Shown here in pieces: positions 12,601-25,166 of a stretch of DNA of 64,000 nt. This DNA is from Klebsormidium nitens (taxonomy: Eukaryota > Plantae > Klebsormidiophyceae). The translations under genes and the position numbers were made by a program. Within the stretch, counting starts at the first letter, position 1, and each line of letters opens with the position of its first letter. The DNA lies in assembly GCA_000708835.1 (NCBI GenBank), contig DF237235.1, positions 1 to 64,000 on the forward strand, read 5' to 3'. A model generated the notes under the pieces. It searched no databases. It was not told the DNA's origin and was given only the letters and a program-made list of their open reading frames with translations.

Positions 12601-14657
12601 AATGCTCTTGAGGACGACACACATCCTGTTCTGACGGGGTCCGTCAATCACTTCGCAGCCTGACTGACATGTCCCCGGTGTTCTCGTCTCTGCCCTCTTG
12701 CGAGTTGCACCCCTCTTAGTTATTCTCTATGCAGTGTGGAAAGAAATTTGTCCGAGAGAAACCCTGCGTTGAAAAGAAGTATCACGAATATAAATGAACG
12801 ATGAAGCGTATAGTTTCCCTGCTTCTACTTCATGGTACCCTGTTTCCCTTCAACTCACCGGCGTCCTCGACGGCGCAAACGGGTTCTGTCCGCGCAATTT
12901 CCGGCCAGAGAATGGTCTCGTTCTACTTGAACAGCCCTCAGAAAAGGCGAGGTCGTCAAAGTACGGTCGCGGAGTAGCAGCCCCTTTTGAGCGAAAAGTT
13001 ATGCTTTTCGTCCACATTGCAAACGGACGCTTTCAGAGATAGGTACATGCTGCCACCACACCCAGCTTCTCAAAAGGCCACCTGAGAATGTTCGTAAGCG
13101 CGAAATGTGACAACTGAAACAGTACTCTTCTCTGGTTTTTCTGGGGCGCATTTCTGGGCTACGATTATTGGGGTCTAACGAAGCTTGTAACCAAATTTGT
13201 TACCCATGCAGGCCCTTTTAGCCGGGGCTCTGGGGCTCATCGGTACGGCGGTGGCGTCCGGTCCCGACTCATGGGTCGGCTTCTCTCAGTACTTCAACGA
13301 GAGCAAGCTTGTGAGCACCGCCGTATGCTCGTAGTCTTCGAGTCGTGAGACACTCTCAGTGGAAAAACGCTTGCTGGATTGGTTTTCGTCATAGTAAGTT
13401 AAGGGTAGGTTTGCAAGTGCCACCATACCGCATAATCGTGAGAGATATCCGAAGAAAACGAAGCGAGGATGGATCCTTTCTTTCCAGATTCTTGCAAAGA
13501 TGCACATTCAGTGTGACCAACGGGAAAAGGATTGCTACGTCCAGTTCTCTCTCGCTAAATTGCCAAATTCCTTATCATTCACGAGCTGTTTCTCTACGTT
13601 TGTTGCCCACATCGTCAGAAACGACAGCAAAGGCTGGCGGTTTGGACGCTGTTACCAATCTAGAAGGTCCTTCTTTTTGGATGCTAATACCAATCTAGAA
13701 GCGCTCAAACTCACGAGTTTGGGCGGGTGGGTCGTCTGACTCCTTCCCTTGTATGACACGAGTCCGCTTCTGACTTGTTTCTGTCTGCGGCATCGCGCCT
13801 CCGTTGCAGATCCACGTGATGACGCTCGACTTCTTCTGCCTGCAACTTTTCTGCCCCTTCTGGTTGTACAACGATATGGAGTTCCGAAAATGGTGAGTAC
13901 CGAGACGCAGTCTCATTCTGAGGAGATATGTTGGCAACGGGCTTTGATCGGTGCGTCACAAAAGCCTAGCAACCGACTGTTGCACTGCGTCGTTTGTGTT
14001 CGGACTCGAGCTCGGCGTAAGGCGGGGAATGACGCGAAGAATCGGCAGCGGTCTGGTTTCTCTTTCGACCCTGACCTAGTTGTCCGAGCTTTGTCAGATC
14101 GATTTGACGACGCAAACCTTAAAATTTATTCGTTCGAAAGAACGTCAGACCGCTTCCATGGAGAAAAATCTCAGGAGCGGTCCACCGTAATACCGTCAGA
14201 CCGAATCAATGGAGATCAACCGTCGACCAATTTGATGGGGAGCAACATCAGACCGGTTTGACAGGAAATTTGAAATTTTGGCGACAAAACGCAGATCCCC
14301 CTCTCTGATGAAGCCCGGGGATCGACGGCTGAGCTTGCCACCATCTCCTTATCAAGCCCGTCGATCGGGGTCTACTTGAATGGGCTCTAGAACTTGCTGG
14401 GAAGGCACGTTGTTCGTTCACCGGCTCTGTCAAGCCAGGTGCACTCGTCCACTTAATTACTGCTTGCTTTGACCTGCGCGCGGTGGAATGCTGACACGTG
14501 GCTCATCTTTGACAGGTCTGGGCGCAACATGTGGATCGTCCCGCTGTCTCTCCTACCAGTCTTGGGGCCCGCCTTGTATCTGCTCATACGGCCCCCGCTA
14601 CCAGAACCCACATCCAACGGTCCAAAGGTTGCCGAAGCTCCGAAACCCATTGGTTAG
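9635..14657 (+). CDS. Plastid-targeted multi-pass membrane protein of a cyanobacterial-type family (DUF2834-like)
   Basis: Six phase-consistent exons: 9635-10090, 11220-11362, 12054-12225, 13212-13310, 13810-13892, 14516-14657. Kozak context caccATGG and a Ser/Arg-rich transit-like N-terminus. Motifs LWFFWAGLAYYAFAIAPNQ, FNIMGIWPFIY, VWPFASLSMGIGIGGLLPYFALW, IHVMTLDF and PVLGPALYLLIRP resemble this conserved cyanobacteria/plant family. The family name is from recall. Confidence 0.8.
11073..11262 (+). repeat. Duplicated acceptor plus first ~43 nt of exon 2 of the DUF2834-like gene
   Basis: ttgcag|ACCCGCGACGARTACTTCCTYGGCAAGTTG occurs at 11080 and 11220. Confidence 0.92.
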
Positions 14658-15661
14658 GAGGCACGGACAATACGAATTGTGAGTCACAGAAAATAATCGT
14701 ATTCAGTTGTCGTATTCAGTGTACGATTTGGATCATGAGCAGACACAAACGACCTTGGTTCTCAAAAAGCAGCCGTTGGCTATAGTGATTAGGAAGCAAT
14801 TGGTGACGTGTAGTCGTGCACGTGGTCCAGTGTTCGTGCATTATCTGTACATGCATATCTGGTGGTGCACGCTGATTGAAGGCAGCCGTACACATGTGCC
14901 AGTGCCCATGATCATGAACAACCGCTCGACAAAGCAACATACTATACAATATGATCGAGGATGTGACGCGTAATTCATCGAGCCGTGGCCATCAGTGGGC
15001 CTGGTATACATAAGTACTGACCAGATGCGTGCATGAGTCGCGTGCTGCTTCCATGGCCGGCCCACATCGTTCCGATATTACTAGCACCTTTTGGTGATTC
15101 TCAGTGCAGCTCTGCAATGTGTTGCGGACTCAATTAGTCCGTTGCGGCAATTTGAATTCTACGGTAGCACTTTGAATACCAGCAAGCCTCATCGCATATG
15201 ACAGCCGGCTCCTTACAGATCTACCATGGCTATACTAGTATCTTTTGGTGATCTGCAGTTTTAACGTTTGCTCTATGATATACATAATGACCAGGACATT
15301 TAAGTTCGGCAAAGATTGCCCGGCTCCAGCTGCAACAGGAGATGCATTTTAACAACCTGATTCCTCTTTTTGGGCAACATGAGATCAAACAACCAAAACC
15401 CACGCCTTGATTGAGACCGCTAGCAACAGCAAAGACGTGATGGTAGCAATGATCACAATGACATCCTTCGAACTCGAATATGCTGCACAATGCCAAAAAT
15501 TGACGGTCTGTTTGGTTCCTTCAATGTGGCACTTCATATGATCACTCTTCTCCATTATTGCGGTCCGGACGATTACTTCCTGCCAAAACTGCCAACACGT
15601 TTTTTCAGCTGTCAAACCTGCCGTCCAAACTCATGTCCCATGATACAAACACACAATTTTT

Positions 15662-18600
15662 TTACCACTTCTTCTCTTCGCTCTTTTCCTGTCCTGCCGA
15701 CGGGGGGGACGGGGGGCCGTCCTTCCATGTCGCCTGCCATTGCTTGTCGTAGAAAGTCCACTCGTCCGCCAACTCCTTGATGTTCGTCAAATCCTCGTTC
15801 TTCCGGACGACGAGCACACCGACGACCGTCAGCAGCAGCAGGAGCTTCCCGAAGAAGCTGCCCTGTTGATCTACGAGCCCGACGCCTGACGCGGCGTCGA
15901 CCAACCAGGCTGCGGCGTACCCAACCATGGCGGCGCGGCCTGCACAAACCGGGGGGAAAGCACCAGGTCATTGTGGGCAGGAAATATAGCAGCTGATTCA
16001 GGTTGAATCGAAAACGGGGTTATGGGAACGAAGAAGGGGAAGGAGAGCAGTCGGGCATGGATTGGAACCGAGACTTCAACCCTGCCAGCTGCACCGCACC
16101 TCAGTTTGAGAACGACATGCTTTTCCAACGCTGCTCATATGTCGAAAATAATGGTCCGAAGCGACTTCGCCACATTAAGGTTTGGCACACTGAGTTTCCT
16201 GGAATCAATAAAGTTCTGCTTGCCTGCAGTACACCCAATCACCTTCTGTAGCCGACTCAAAGAACAAGCACATTTTTTGAGTCCCTTTGCTTGAATAGCC
16301 TTATACAAACTGGACGTGATCATGCAAACCTAGACTTACCTGTAAAAAGTCCACCGGAGAGAATTGTTGCACATAGGTACGATTGCAGTGAGTGAACTTA
16401 TGTGGAGGCATGAAGCAGGAGAAAGCAGGAGAAATCCAGCGTGACTCTGAGCACAAATAAGACACGGCTTACCATGTAACGACCCAGGCGAGCGACGACA
16501 AACAAAAGTGCAACCAAGGGCTCAGTGCACAGGACTTCTCGCCTTTTTATGGGTGTAACTAGGTCAGTTTCTAATCAGAAAGCAGTGCCACACTTGGATC
16601 TCTTTGGCTTGTTTACCCTGGAACAGACGTTGAGAACAGCACACAAGATGACCAGAGAAGGGCCGATTGTAGTCAGGTGTAGTCAGGGATGAGAACAAAA
16701 GGAACTTACGTTAAGCAGGGTAAAGACACGCAGGCAACATCAGAAGGAAAGGAATCAAAACGAAAGAAAGGTCGACTCCTCAGAAATGTGATACGGGGGC
16801 CATGTCTAAAAGTGGGTAGAAAGTAGCAAGAGATGCAGATCGCCGTTAAGTTCTCAAGCCTCCAGCAGGTCGAAGCGCTTGACAGTCAACAATCAGTCCA
16901 TCCTCGTAACAAGATGCTGTGCCAAACGTGGTTGTTCCAGAGCCTTAAGATACTTTCAACAGCGCAGGACAACAATCGAGGACTAGAAGAAAGGCAGAGA
17001 TCGACCAATCTGTCATAGAATACAGCGATGATGGATAAGGCCAGAAGTGGGCAAAAGATGCAAATAGGACGCCGCACCGTTGAGCTTCTCGGCTTCGGGC
17101 AGGTGGAAGCGCTTGACCCAGGCCCACCAGGGGACGACGCCGGTGTCAAAGAAGACGGGGTCCTCGTTGGTGGACGCCTCGGGGTTGCGCTCCAACCACG
17201 ATCGGCGCACAACCTCTGCAGAAAGGGGCGGCAATGATCATGGCCCGCAGTCGGTGTCGCCTTGGTTGAAGAAATGAAAGTCAATCTTGTCGGTGCCTTA
17301 AGCGAATGCTCCGCGGTGGTAATCCAACCACGTCTAGCGCATGGCCTGTGCAGCGGAAGAGATGCACAAGCAACGTGCATTGCCGATGAGCGTTTCTCAG
17401 AACACACTTTAAAACAGCAGTTCTAGATTTGTGGATGTCTCAAGGTCCCTTGCAATATTATGGTGAGTCTGGCACGTAGTCACCAAACCCCAAAGAGATA
17501 ATCTGTCCAGAATAAAGACCTTCATCAACTGTTTTGTCTTTCCGAGCAAGTGACAGCCCCTCTGTTTGCAAGTGGCAACGCCCTGAACCTATCAATCTCA
17601 GCATTGACCACCTGAAAGCTGAGCACACTGGGCGCTAAGGATGATGGAGCTTCTTAAAATGACCCGACATTTTCGAGGCTCGCCAACAAGAGCGCAGGCC
17701 TACAGTGTGGTTTCAAATCAGTTCCTACTACTCCAACTCGACTTGTCCCCTGCCCAGAGATAGACCGAATCTTGTCCGATACCCAGCCCCTCTACTTCCT
17801 GCATGGTTCAAGCTAAACCTTGCTTTTTGCCCGACACAAATCCAGTCAACATCTGCTTTTTCTTATGCCTCTTTCGCAAGCGGTTCGTTCTCGTGTTGCA
17901 CAGACAACTTCTAGATAGTCAGCAGTAAGTCACAGCGAACCGTTTCATTTCAGTCTCAACGCTTGTCTCCCTGAGCTGCAGAATTGTTCACAGCAGTTGG
18001 TAATCTGGTCGACCATTTGACATCCGACAAGTGCCGTCTGGACATTCTGCGCACCAGCCATGTACAGCCGTCCCTCGCTCACCGGCATCAATCACCGCAT
18101 CCCAGTCCGTCTTGCCGTTACTTGTGAACTGCGCCAGATCCCAGTTGCCGTCCTTCCATCTTGAGTCCTGGAACTTTCCTGTCGCACTGAGGGCAGGCAC
18201 CTTGCCAAGAGTGGCGTCTGAGGGGGCCTTGCCTGCGGCCGCCGCACCCTTTAGGGTTCCTCCCTTGGACAGGGGGCCCACCCGCTTCTTGGGGGCGACA
18301 CCTGGACAAGAGACAGGGAGCAAAGGTGGTGAACATCTAGTATTCTATACAGAATGGTGGGAATTGAGGCTTATAGGACCAAGGACGAGAGGGCCTTCTG
18401 GAGATAAAAGGCTTGCTGTACGGGTCCGCGCTTCTGAACAGACTTCCAATTTCCTATTTCGTCTAGCTTCAGGTCAGGTCTGAGTACAGAGGGTGGATGT
18501 ACGTGACTTACACCTAACTTTAAGGCGCACTGTGTGAGAAACGGCGGGTGTACAGCCAAAAGCAAATAGTTCTTCAATAGTTGGTCGAACCTTGTGCTTC

Positions 18601-19662
18601 TTATTTTGCTAAGACCATGACTTGCAAGTAGGTGAATGCAAGAGCACTGGTTCGCTCAACAGAAAGAGCGCGACAAAACAAAGAAAACCTGCACGCGTCG
18701 ACAGGACGGATCCGTCTACACAGCACTGCAGTGTTTATAATGGTCACCAAGATGCAGTTGTCTTGATAAGGTATGGATGACAATCAGCGCAAAGTGTTGA
18801 ATGTCACGTCCTCTTGTTATTATGCACCATTACCAGGAATACAGGAAAGAAGTGCATTGCAATCTCAGTGACCTCAGCAGAGGTTGCTGCTGGGATAGCC
18901 GTTGATAAGATTGGGACATCTCATTTCCAATTGCAGGGGACCGCTGTAATGTGCAATTCTGAAGTATGTTCTCAAAACCTTGCACAACTTGTAAAACCAA
19001 AGCCTTACTAGTTGAACGAAGCGGAAGTCCTGCAGACCCTCCCGCAGGTAGATCTACTATGATAGCGTAAGCCAGCAACATTCACGAATATTTTAGCCCA
19101 GAGCTGGCGATTCCTAACAGGACTTACCAATGCCTTATGAAAGTCAAGCTGCATTTGGACATTGCATGCCACATTTCAGCGAATGCCACGATGTCTCTTA
19201 GATATCTAAGAGCAATCTCGCCAATCCAAGTAATATCACGATGCATCCCTTTCTGTTCAGCCTCTGCGCATGGCGGATGCTGACAAAACCTGGTCAGGTG
19301 GCGGCAATGCAGCAGTGTGACTAGGTGGGAAAGCTTGTCTTACCGGTGGTATCTGCCTCTTCCTGGAGGTTTGCAACCTCCGGGACAATGCTGTCCTCAG
19401 CGGCGCTTTCAGCAGGGACTGCGCTCTCAGCAGGGGCAGGGGCTGCGGTTTCTGCCTCAACTCCCGTTTTGGCCCTCAGAGAAAAACTCCTCCTGGACTC
19501 CACATTGTACACTGTCCTAACCCGCAGCGTCTTTCCCGCAAACGAGGGGCAACCCAGCACCTTTGGCGCGTTCAACGCCGCTTTAGGTAGAGCAGAGTCT
19601 GCCTGGCTGCAGAGGGCAGCCTGAGCCAGGACACCCTTGGTGAGCACTGCGACGGAAGCCAT
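15662..19662 (-). CDS. LIL3: Light-harvesting-like protein 3 (LHC-motif protein that stabilises geranylgeranyl reductase)
   Basis: Exons 19662-19344, 18301-18083, 17215-17078, 15939-15662, all joined by phase-1 introns. Diagnostic motifs: [84 protein letters not shown]. Transit-peptide-like N-terminus. Confidence 0.95.
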
Positions 19663-20387
19663 GGGGCCTCACCTGCAACGTCCTACAGCGCAAGCCAACG
19701 CTCTTCCCTGTTCAGAATCAAAGCTGTTGGCAGTGTACAGCCTCAGGACAGCATTTCCACGAGCTCCCTCCCGAAATTGTTGCAATTTCATTTTTGAGAA
19801 GTTTAGGGTTTTAAGTCACAGTTCTCATTCAACACGTTGTGAAACCCTCCCTGGACATTGTCATGTCGTGATCAGGACTTTGACACACGTGCGCTGGTGC
19901 CGACCGGGACAATCATCCGAAATCAGCGCCGGACTTTTAACCTTTGTTTCAAGGGGCAATGTTACTGCACGGTTTCCCGAGTCTCGACGTCCCAGGATCC
20001 GGAGAGAAAGTGGTGTCAGGAAAGCTGGGCCGTGTCAAAATTTCATTTCGACAATGACACGCTTCCTCAAGCGCTCCTTTCTTGCTGTCAATGTCATGTG
20101 CTCGAGGGTCGAGTGTCAGGGCGTACGTACCTAGGCTTAGCCGCTAGCTGAGGCTAGAACTTTGAAGAGCTCAGAGTCAGAGGGAAAGCGCATGGAGAAT
20201 GCAGGCCCCAGGGCTGATTGCAGGAATGCAGCCCTGACTCTGAGGAGGCCAAGGAGGATACCTTAGCCTAAGCGACGCGCATTGTGATGCAGTTCTGAGC
20301 CAGCAACGCCTTGGGCTTGTAAGTAAAGCTTCCCGGAGAGCCTACTGGCAGGCTGCATGATGCATCCAGCTAAGTGCATTTGAGAAG

Positions 20388-23300
20388 ATGGAGGGTGCGA
20401 GGGCGGCCAGTGGCACCCAAGCGGAAGCGGACGGCCGCCGCATTTCAGAGAGCGACTACTTTGCTGAGAAGCCTGGGGCAGCTTTCGGAGAAGAGAACGA
20501 GCTGCACACTGTGACAGATCTCCATTCACGGGGAGCGACAGCGTTCGGGAGACAGGTCACAAGCACGAACGACGTTCGCACCGCGATCAAGCAGGAGCTT
20601 GAGCAGAACAGCAGCGGGGCGAGCCCCAGGACTGCAAAGAAGTTTGCGTTTGCATATTTGCTCTGCCTGCTTGTAATCATTCTGCTCAGCCTGGCGTGCC
20701 AATTGGTGGTCGCGAGTTACATCGGCCGCTCCGAGAAGGACTCGTATATTGTGAACATCTCGGGGAAGCAGCGGTACCGATCGCAGAAGATCACCAAGGC
20801 CTCAGTTGTGATTCTGCTCAATCGGAGGGATGGGGAGAACGCCAACAACTACACCTTGGCTTTGAGTGCCGATCTAGCGGACTTAACCGCAGCTTACCAT
20901 GGGTTGCTGAACGGCAGCAAACCCCTGGACCTGCCAGGATCTGGCGATGGAGCAGTCCGCAGTTTGTATCAGCAGATTGATCCGTACTTCCAGGCTATCT
21001 CCAGCAACGCTCAGGCTATCCTGGCGCTGCCTCTAATAGCATCCCCCACTGACACTGCGCCGGGGTCACTTACGGCCAGTGTAAACGGCATCTTAGCTGC
21101 AGAATCGCAGTTCCTTCTGCTTCAGGATGAGATCACATCCAGGTTTACCAAGATATCAAGAGATCACCTGCAGTTTCTGTTGATCCTCACCTGGGTGCTC
21201 CACTCATCCGTCATATTGACGCTGATCCTTGAGGGGGCCCTGGTTTTCTATCCACTCATCAGGTGAGGTTGACATTACAGCGTAGCTACTTTGCACCCAG
21301 AAAGCGGTGGGCCAACCGTGTTATCATTGCAGAAAGTCATTGCAGGTTGGGGACACTTGCACTCTCACTGTTTGATCTGCACATGTGCTCATTCTGCATT
21401 TGCCTCACAGCCGCTGTGAAGTCTTGTTGGATGCAGATAGAATTCAACATGGAGAGAAGCAGACTGATCAGTTGCAGTGGACCTGCAAGATTTGGCCTTT
21501 CTTTTCGATTTTCGGAAGATCTTCGATCCTTTGGATGTGTCTCCTAATGAGCGTTATTGTGGCTGTGCAGACGAACTCAAATCCTGATCAATGAGAGGTT
21601 CAACTTCCTGCGGGCGAACTATGTGTAAGTCGATCTATTTCCTGTTAATAACCTTGTTTCAGTTTCCGTTATTTCACAAGCATCTCCTGAAGCGAGTAAA
21701 GCAGTTACAATCTCTTGTAGCGTGTTGTTTATTCTAGCGCGTTTCGCTCACAGATGCAATAAACCTTGCACTTGGATTTTGTTAACTCGTCATTCTCAGG
21801 CTCATGCAAGACGGCCGCAGAGTTTCTTGATTAGCAGGCCCCCTCAAAGATGTTCTAATAAGAAAAATGAGCTGCGTCCTCTTTCCGAAAACCCGCATTC
21901 AGACAATCAGGCTGACTTTTAAAAAGGCAGAGCACGCCCAGGGCTGCCTGCTTTGTGCCTTGTTCTGGCGCTTTGTCATGACTTTGAGCCATCCCATAAT
22001 TGTGGTAGCCTTGCATTGCAAGGCGAATCTTTGTGCATTGCCCTGCCTTCTTGACACTCAAACTTGGTCAGCCCTCTGATAACTTAAGCTTTTCGGGTAA
22101 GAGGACAAGCTTGGACACGTTTTCTGGCCACGTTGGGTCCTCTTTGCCTGGTTCTGGCCCGGTCTTGGGAAGGATTATAAGCCGGGGCATCGTCCCTTGT
22201 GCTCCAAAGTTTTCTGTGCGTTGGACTTTGTAGAGACTCTCTTGTAGTTGAAGCACGAACTTTTTCTTGAAACTCAAGTTTTCTTCGACTTCGTCGACCA
22301 GTTACCCTTTCTAAACTTAGTTTTCAATCCTTCATCCTGCAGGAGTGAGGCCCAGGGTCGGAGTATGGCGTCGTTTACGATTGGTTACGTCACTAACCAG
22401 ATCCGGAAACCCCTGGACGGGATCATTCACTATCTCGACAAGGCCCTGGCACAAGTCCCTCCCTCCAAGGCTGACAAAGCTGCAAACGGAGGCCCTGTCA
22501 AAGACATTGTGGCGCAGCAACGAGGCTTGGAAACGGTGGGGAGCGGGGACATTGGGGAGCACCTCAAGGGGTGCCGGCAGAACTGCGAGCTGCTGCAGAC
22601 GATCGTCGAGGTACGCAAAGGGTTCAGTTTTTAGACGGATTTAGTTGACCCGAATTTTTCTTGTTATCGAGGGGGCAAGCTTCAAAGGCACCATGTAGAC
22701 AAGCATGATTGAAGGCTTTGGATTTAGGGAACCGCAGAAACCTTTCCTTGTGCACTTTCAGGGAACAAGATGCAGTGCAACATTTTGGAGCTTGGTTCAT
22801 GGATGATCGGAAGCCCATTCTAAAGGAAAGGCAAGCAATGTTTGACAATTGTTTCTCGGAGACCAGCCTCATGAGCCGCACCCTTGCAATTGAGTTCGCC
22901 TAGCTCCCCTTAGGCAAACCTCGACAGCTCCTCCATTCTGCCTCGCGTTTCCAGACCGTGAAACAGAAGGATTGTCCCTCTCAAGACCTTCCTGACTTCC
23001 GGAAGCATCTTCGAACTCATCCCACTCGCCTGTATTATCAATAGAACACTGGAGAAGCTGACGAGACAAAACGATAGGGGAATCAGAAAAGGTTCTCGTG
23101 CCGGGAGATGGCTATTGTAGTTGACAACGGCCGCATCATGATCCACTTTCTCATGGGTGCCCACGGCACTCTACACGTTGCAGGTTTGACAAGCCATCAG
23201 CGCCACCCTTCCCAAAGACCTTACTTTTACGAAGTTGAAAGCAACATGAAGCGCCTCTAACTTACTTCTTGGATTCCCTTCAGGACGTGTCCGACATCCG

Positions 23301-25166
23301 ATTGCTGGAGAACGGGCGCATGAACCTGGCGCTCGAGCGGACCAACGTGGCCGAGCGGGTGGCCAACGTGCTGGGGACGCTCGCACCGCAACTAGACGCG
23401 CGGAAGGTCACCGTGCGGCAGGAGGTCGACCCGGCGCTGAAGACGCTTTTGTTTCTGACAGACGGACACCGGATCGAGCAGGTGAGGAGGAGATCAGTGA
23501 TGACGTATGTGCTGGTGCTTTTACGCTTTTTAGTGTCGGGTCTACTTGGTGCTGCGGCTATTGGTGTGCCTGGCGATTAACACCCGATTGAGCAGGGGAT
23601 TCTTGATGTTCCTGACGATTGACACCCAATTGAGCAGGGGATTGATACTGGTGGAGCAGGTGAGGGGGTTAGGTTTCAGGGGTTTGTGATGATGTTAACG
23701 TGTTGATGCAACTAAGCGGTCAGATTCAAACGGTCATTTATGCGGGCACAGCTTTGTCCGAAGAGCGGATCGAGCAGGAACCAGGGGAGGGGTCACCCGA
23801 TGTCGTTAAGCGTCGAAGGTGAAGGCCGCTTTATGGTTTGGTGCTTAGGCCGAGTGTTCAGCACTGTTGGTTTTGGGAAGGATCCCTTTGGTCTGGAGAA
23901 ACATGCAGTGATTGTGAGTAAAACTGAGCAAGGAAGGATTCTTGTCGTGTTGCAGAAGGCCAACGTCTTTCTCCTGCACGACTGTTCTTACTTGATCGCT
24001 CACGGAAGACCACACAGTCTTGTATTGGCGCTTCACACTCCTTGTGACAGCGAATGCGCCAAGTCGCTTCGGACCATTCGTTACCCCGCCAATGCTGCTA
24101 GCTTTGGTTGAGAAAGAGCTGGTGTTTCCTCCTTCGAGATCTCCGCAATGCTGCGAATAGCCCAGTATTTCTCTTTCCCGTTTCTTCCTCTTTCCCGCTT
24201 TTTCTCACCCTAGTGAACCACCCCTCTCAACCCAGACGCTCCTCAACCCAGTCGCTAAAGCACTTCCAATCACCCCCATTCCCTCTCCGTCAAGTAACTA
24301 AGCCACGCCCGTCTGCCCGCAGATCCTCCTCAATCTAGTTGCCAAGGCCATCCACCTGGCCCGCGGCGGCACGGTTATCGTCCGCGCCTGCACGCTTCCC
24401 AACGGGCTGCGCTTCGAAGTTGAGGACAACGGGAGCGACATGCTGGAGGGGACACGTCATCGCATGTTCGAGATGTTTGACGCCGAGTCGCGCCACCTGG
24501 CAGCGGGCAACGAGCTCGGGCTGTACATCTCCAAGCTTCTCGTCGAGTTGATGGTGGGCTTTGGAAACCATTGATCGAGGATCTTGAGCCTCGACGGGTT
24601 TTAGTTTTTGATAGTGTTCAAGATACTGTCTCCAGAAGCACTACCCAGCGCCGACGTCGAGCATGGGCTCTAAACCTACAAACATCTTGTCGGTCGCTGT
24701 TGTAACCATCACTTTGCGATGTTGGGAATTGCAGCCTCCGTTTTAAGCTATCACTTTTCAGGCGACTTTGAGGTTTTTGAGTTGGGTCTCGCGGCTGATT
24801 TCGGGAAAAGCGATGCTCTGGTTTATTCTTTCCGTACGTCAGACTCTTGACCTTTGCCTTTTCCGGCCTCTCCAGGGGGGCACGATTGGCCTGAGCAGCA
24901 CCCCCCAAGAAGGCAACGTGCTGTGGTTCGAGCTGCCGCTACAGCCGCTTGATGCGAATGAGGCGATAAATTACCCGCTGCTGGAGGAGAATAGCATCAT
25001 GCGGAGCTCCCGGCTATCGTCTGGCAGCCGCAGCAAGAGCGGCAGCCGGAATCGGGTACACATTGATATCGCCACTCTAGTTAGGGAGGTGGACGGGTCC
25101 ATGCGTTGGGAAGGGTACAGTCCGAGGCAAGCGGCCTCTGATAGAAAGGGAGAAGACATTTTGTAG
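20388..25166 (+). CDS. Membrane histidine-kinase-like receptor: TM - NarX/PilJ-type sensor - TM - degenerate HisKA - degenerate HATPase_c; no receiver domain seen
   Basis: Exons 20388-21262, 21571-21624, 22343-22610, 23284-23481, 24323-24553, 24876-25166 (phase-consistent). Two hydrophobic helices flank VNISGKQRYRSQKI. H-box-like TNQIRKPLDGII; then DVSDIRLLENGRMNL, DGHRIEQILLNLVAKAI, FEVEDNG, MFEMF, LGLYISKLLVELMGGTIGLSS...LWFELPL. Confidence 0.85.
23465..23666 (+). repeat. Tandem copies of the HK exon-4 3' end plus donor
   Basis: The real ACACCGGATCGAGCAG|GTGAGG recurs as ACACCCGATTGAGCAGGGGA, ACACCCAATTGAGCAGGGGA and GGAGCAGGTGAGGG. Confidence 0.8.

Noticed and set aside
20388-25166. Bacterial contamination or a recent HGT island
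   Set aside because: The gene has five canonical spliceosomal introns and composition like its neighbours; only the domain ancestry is bacterial-like.
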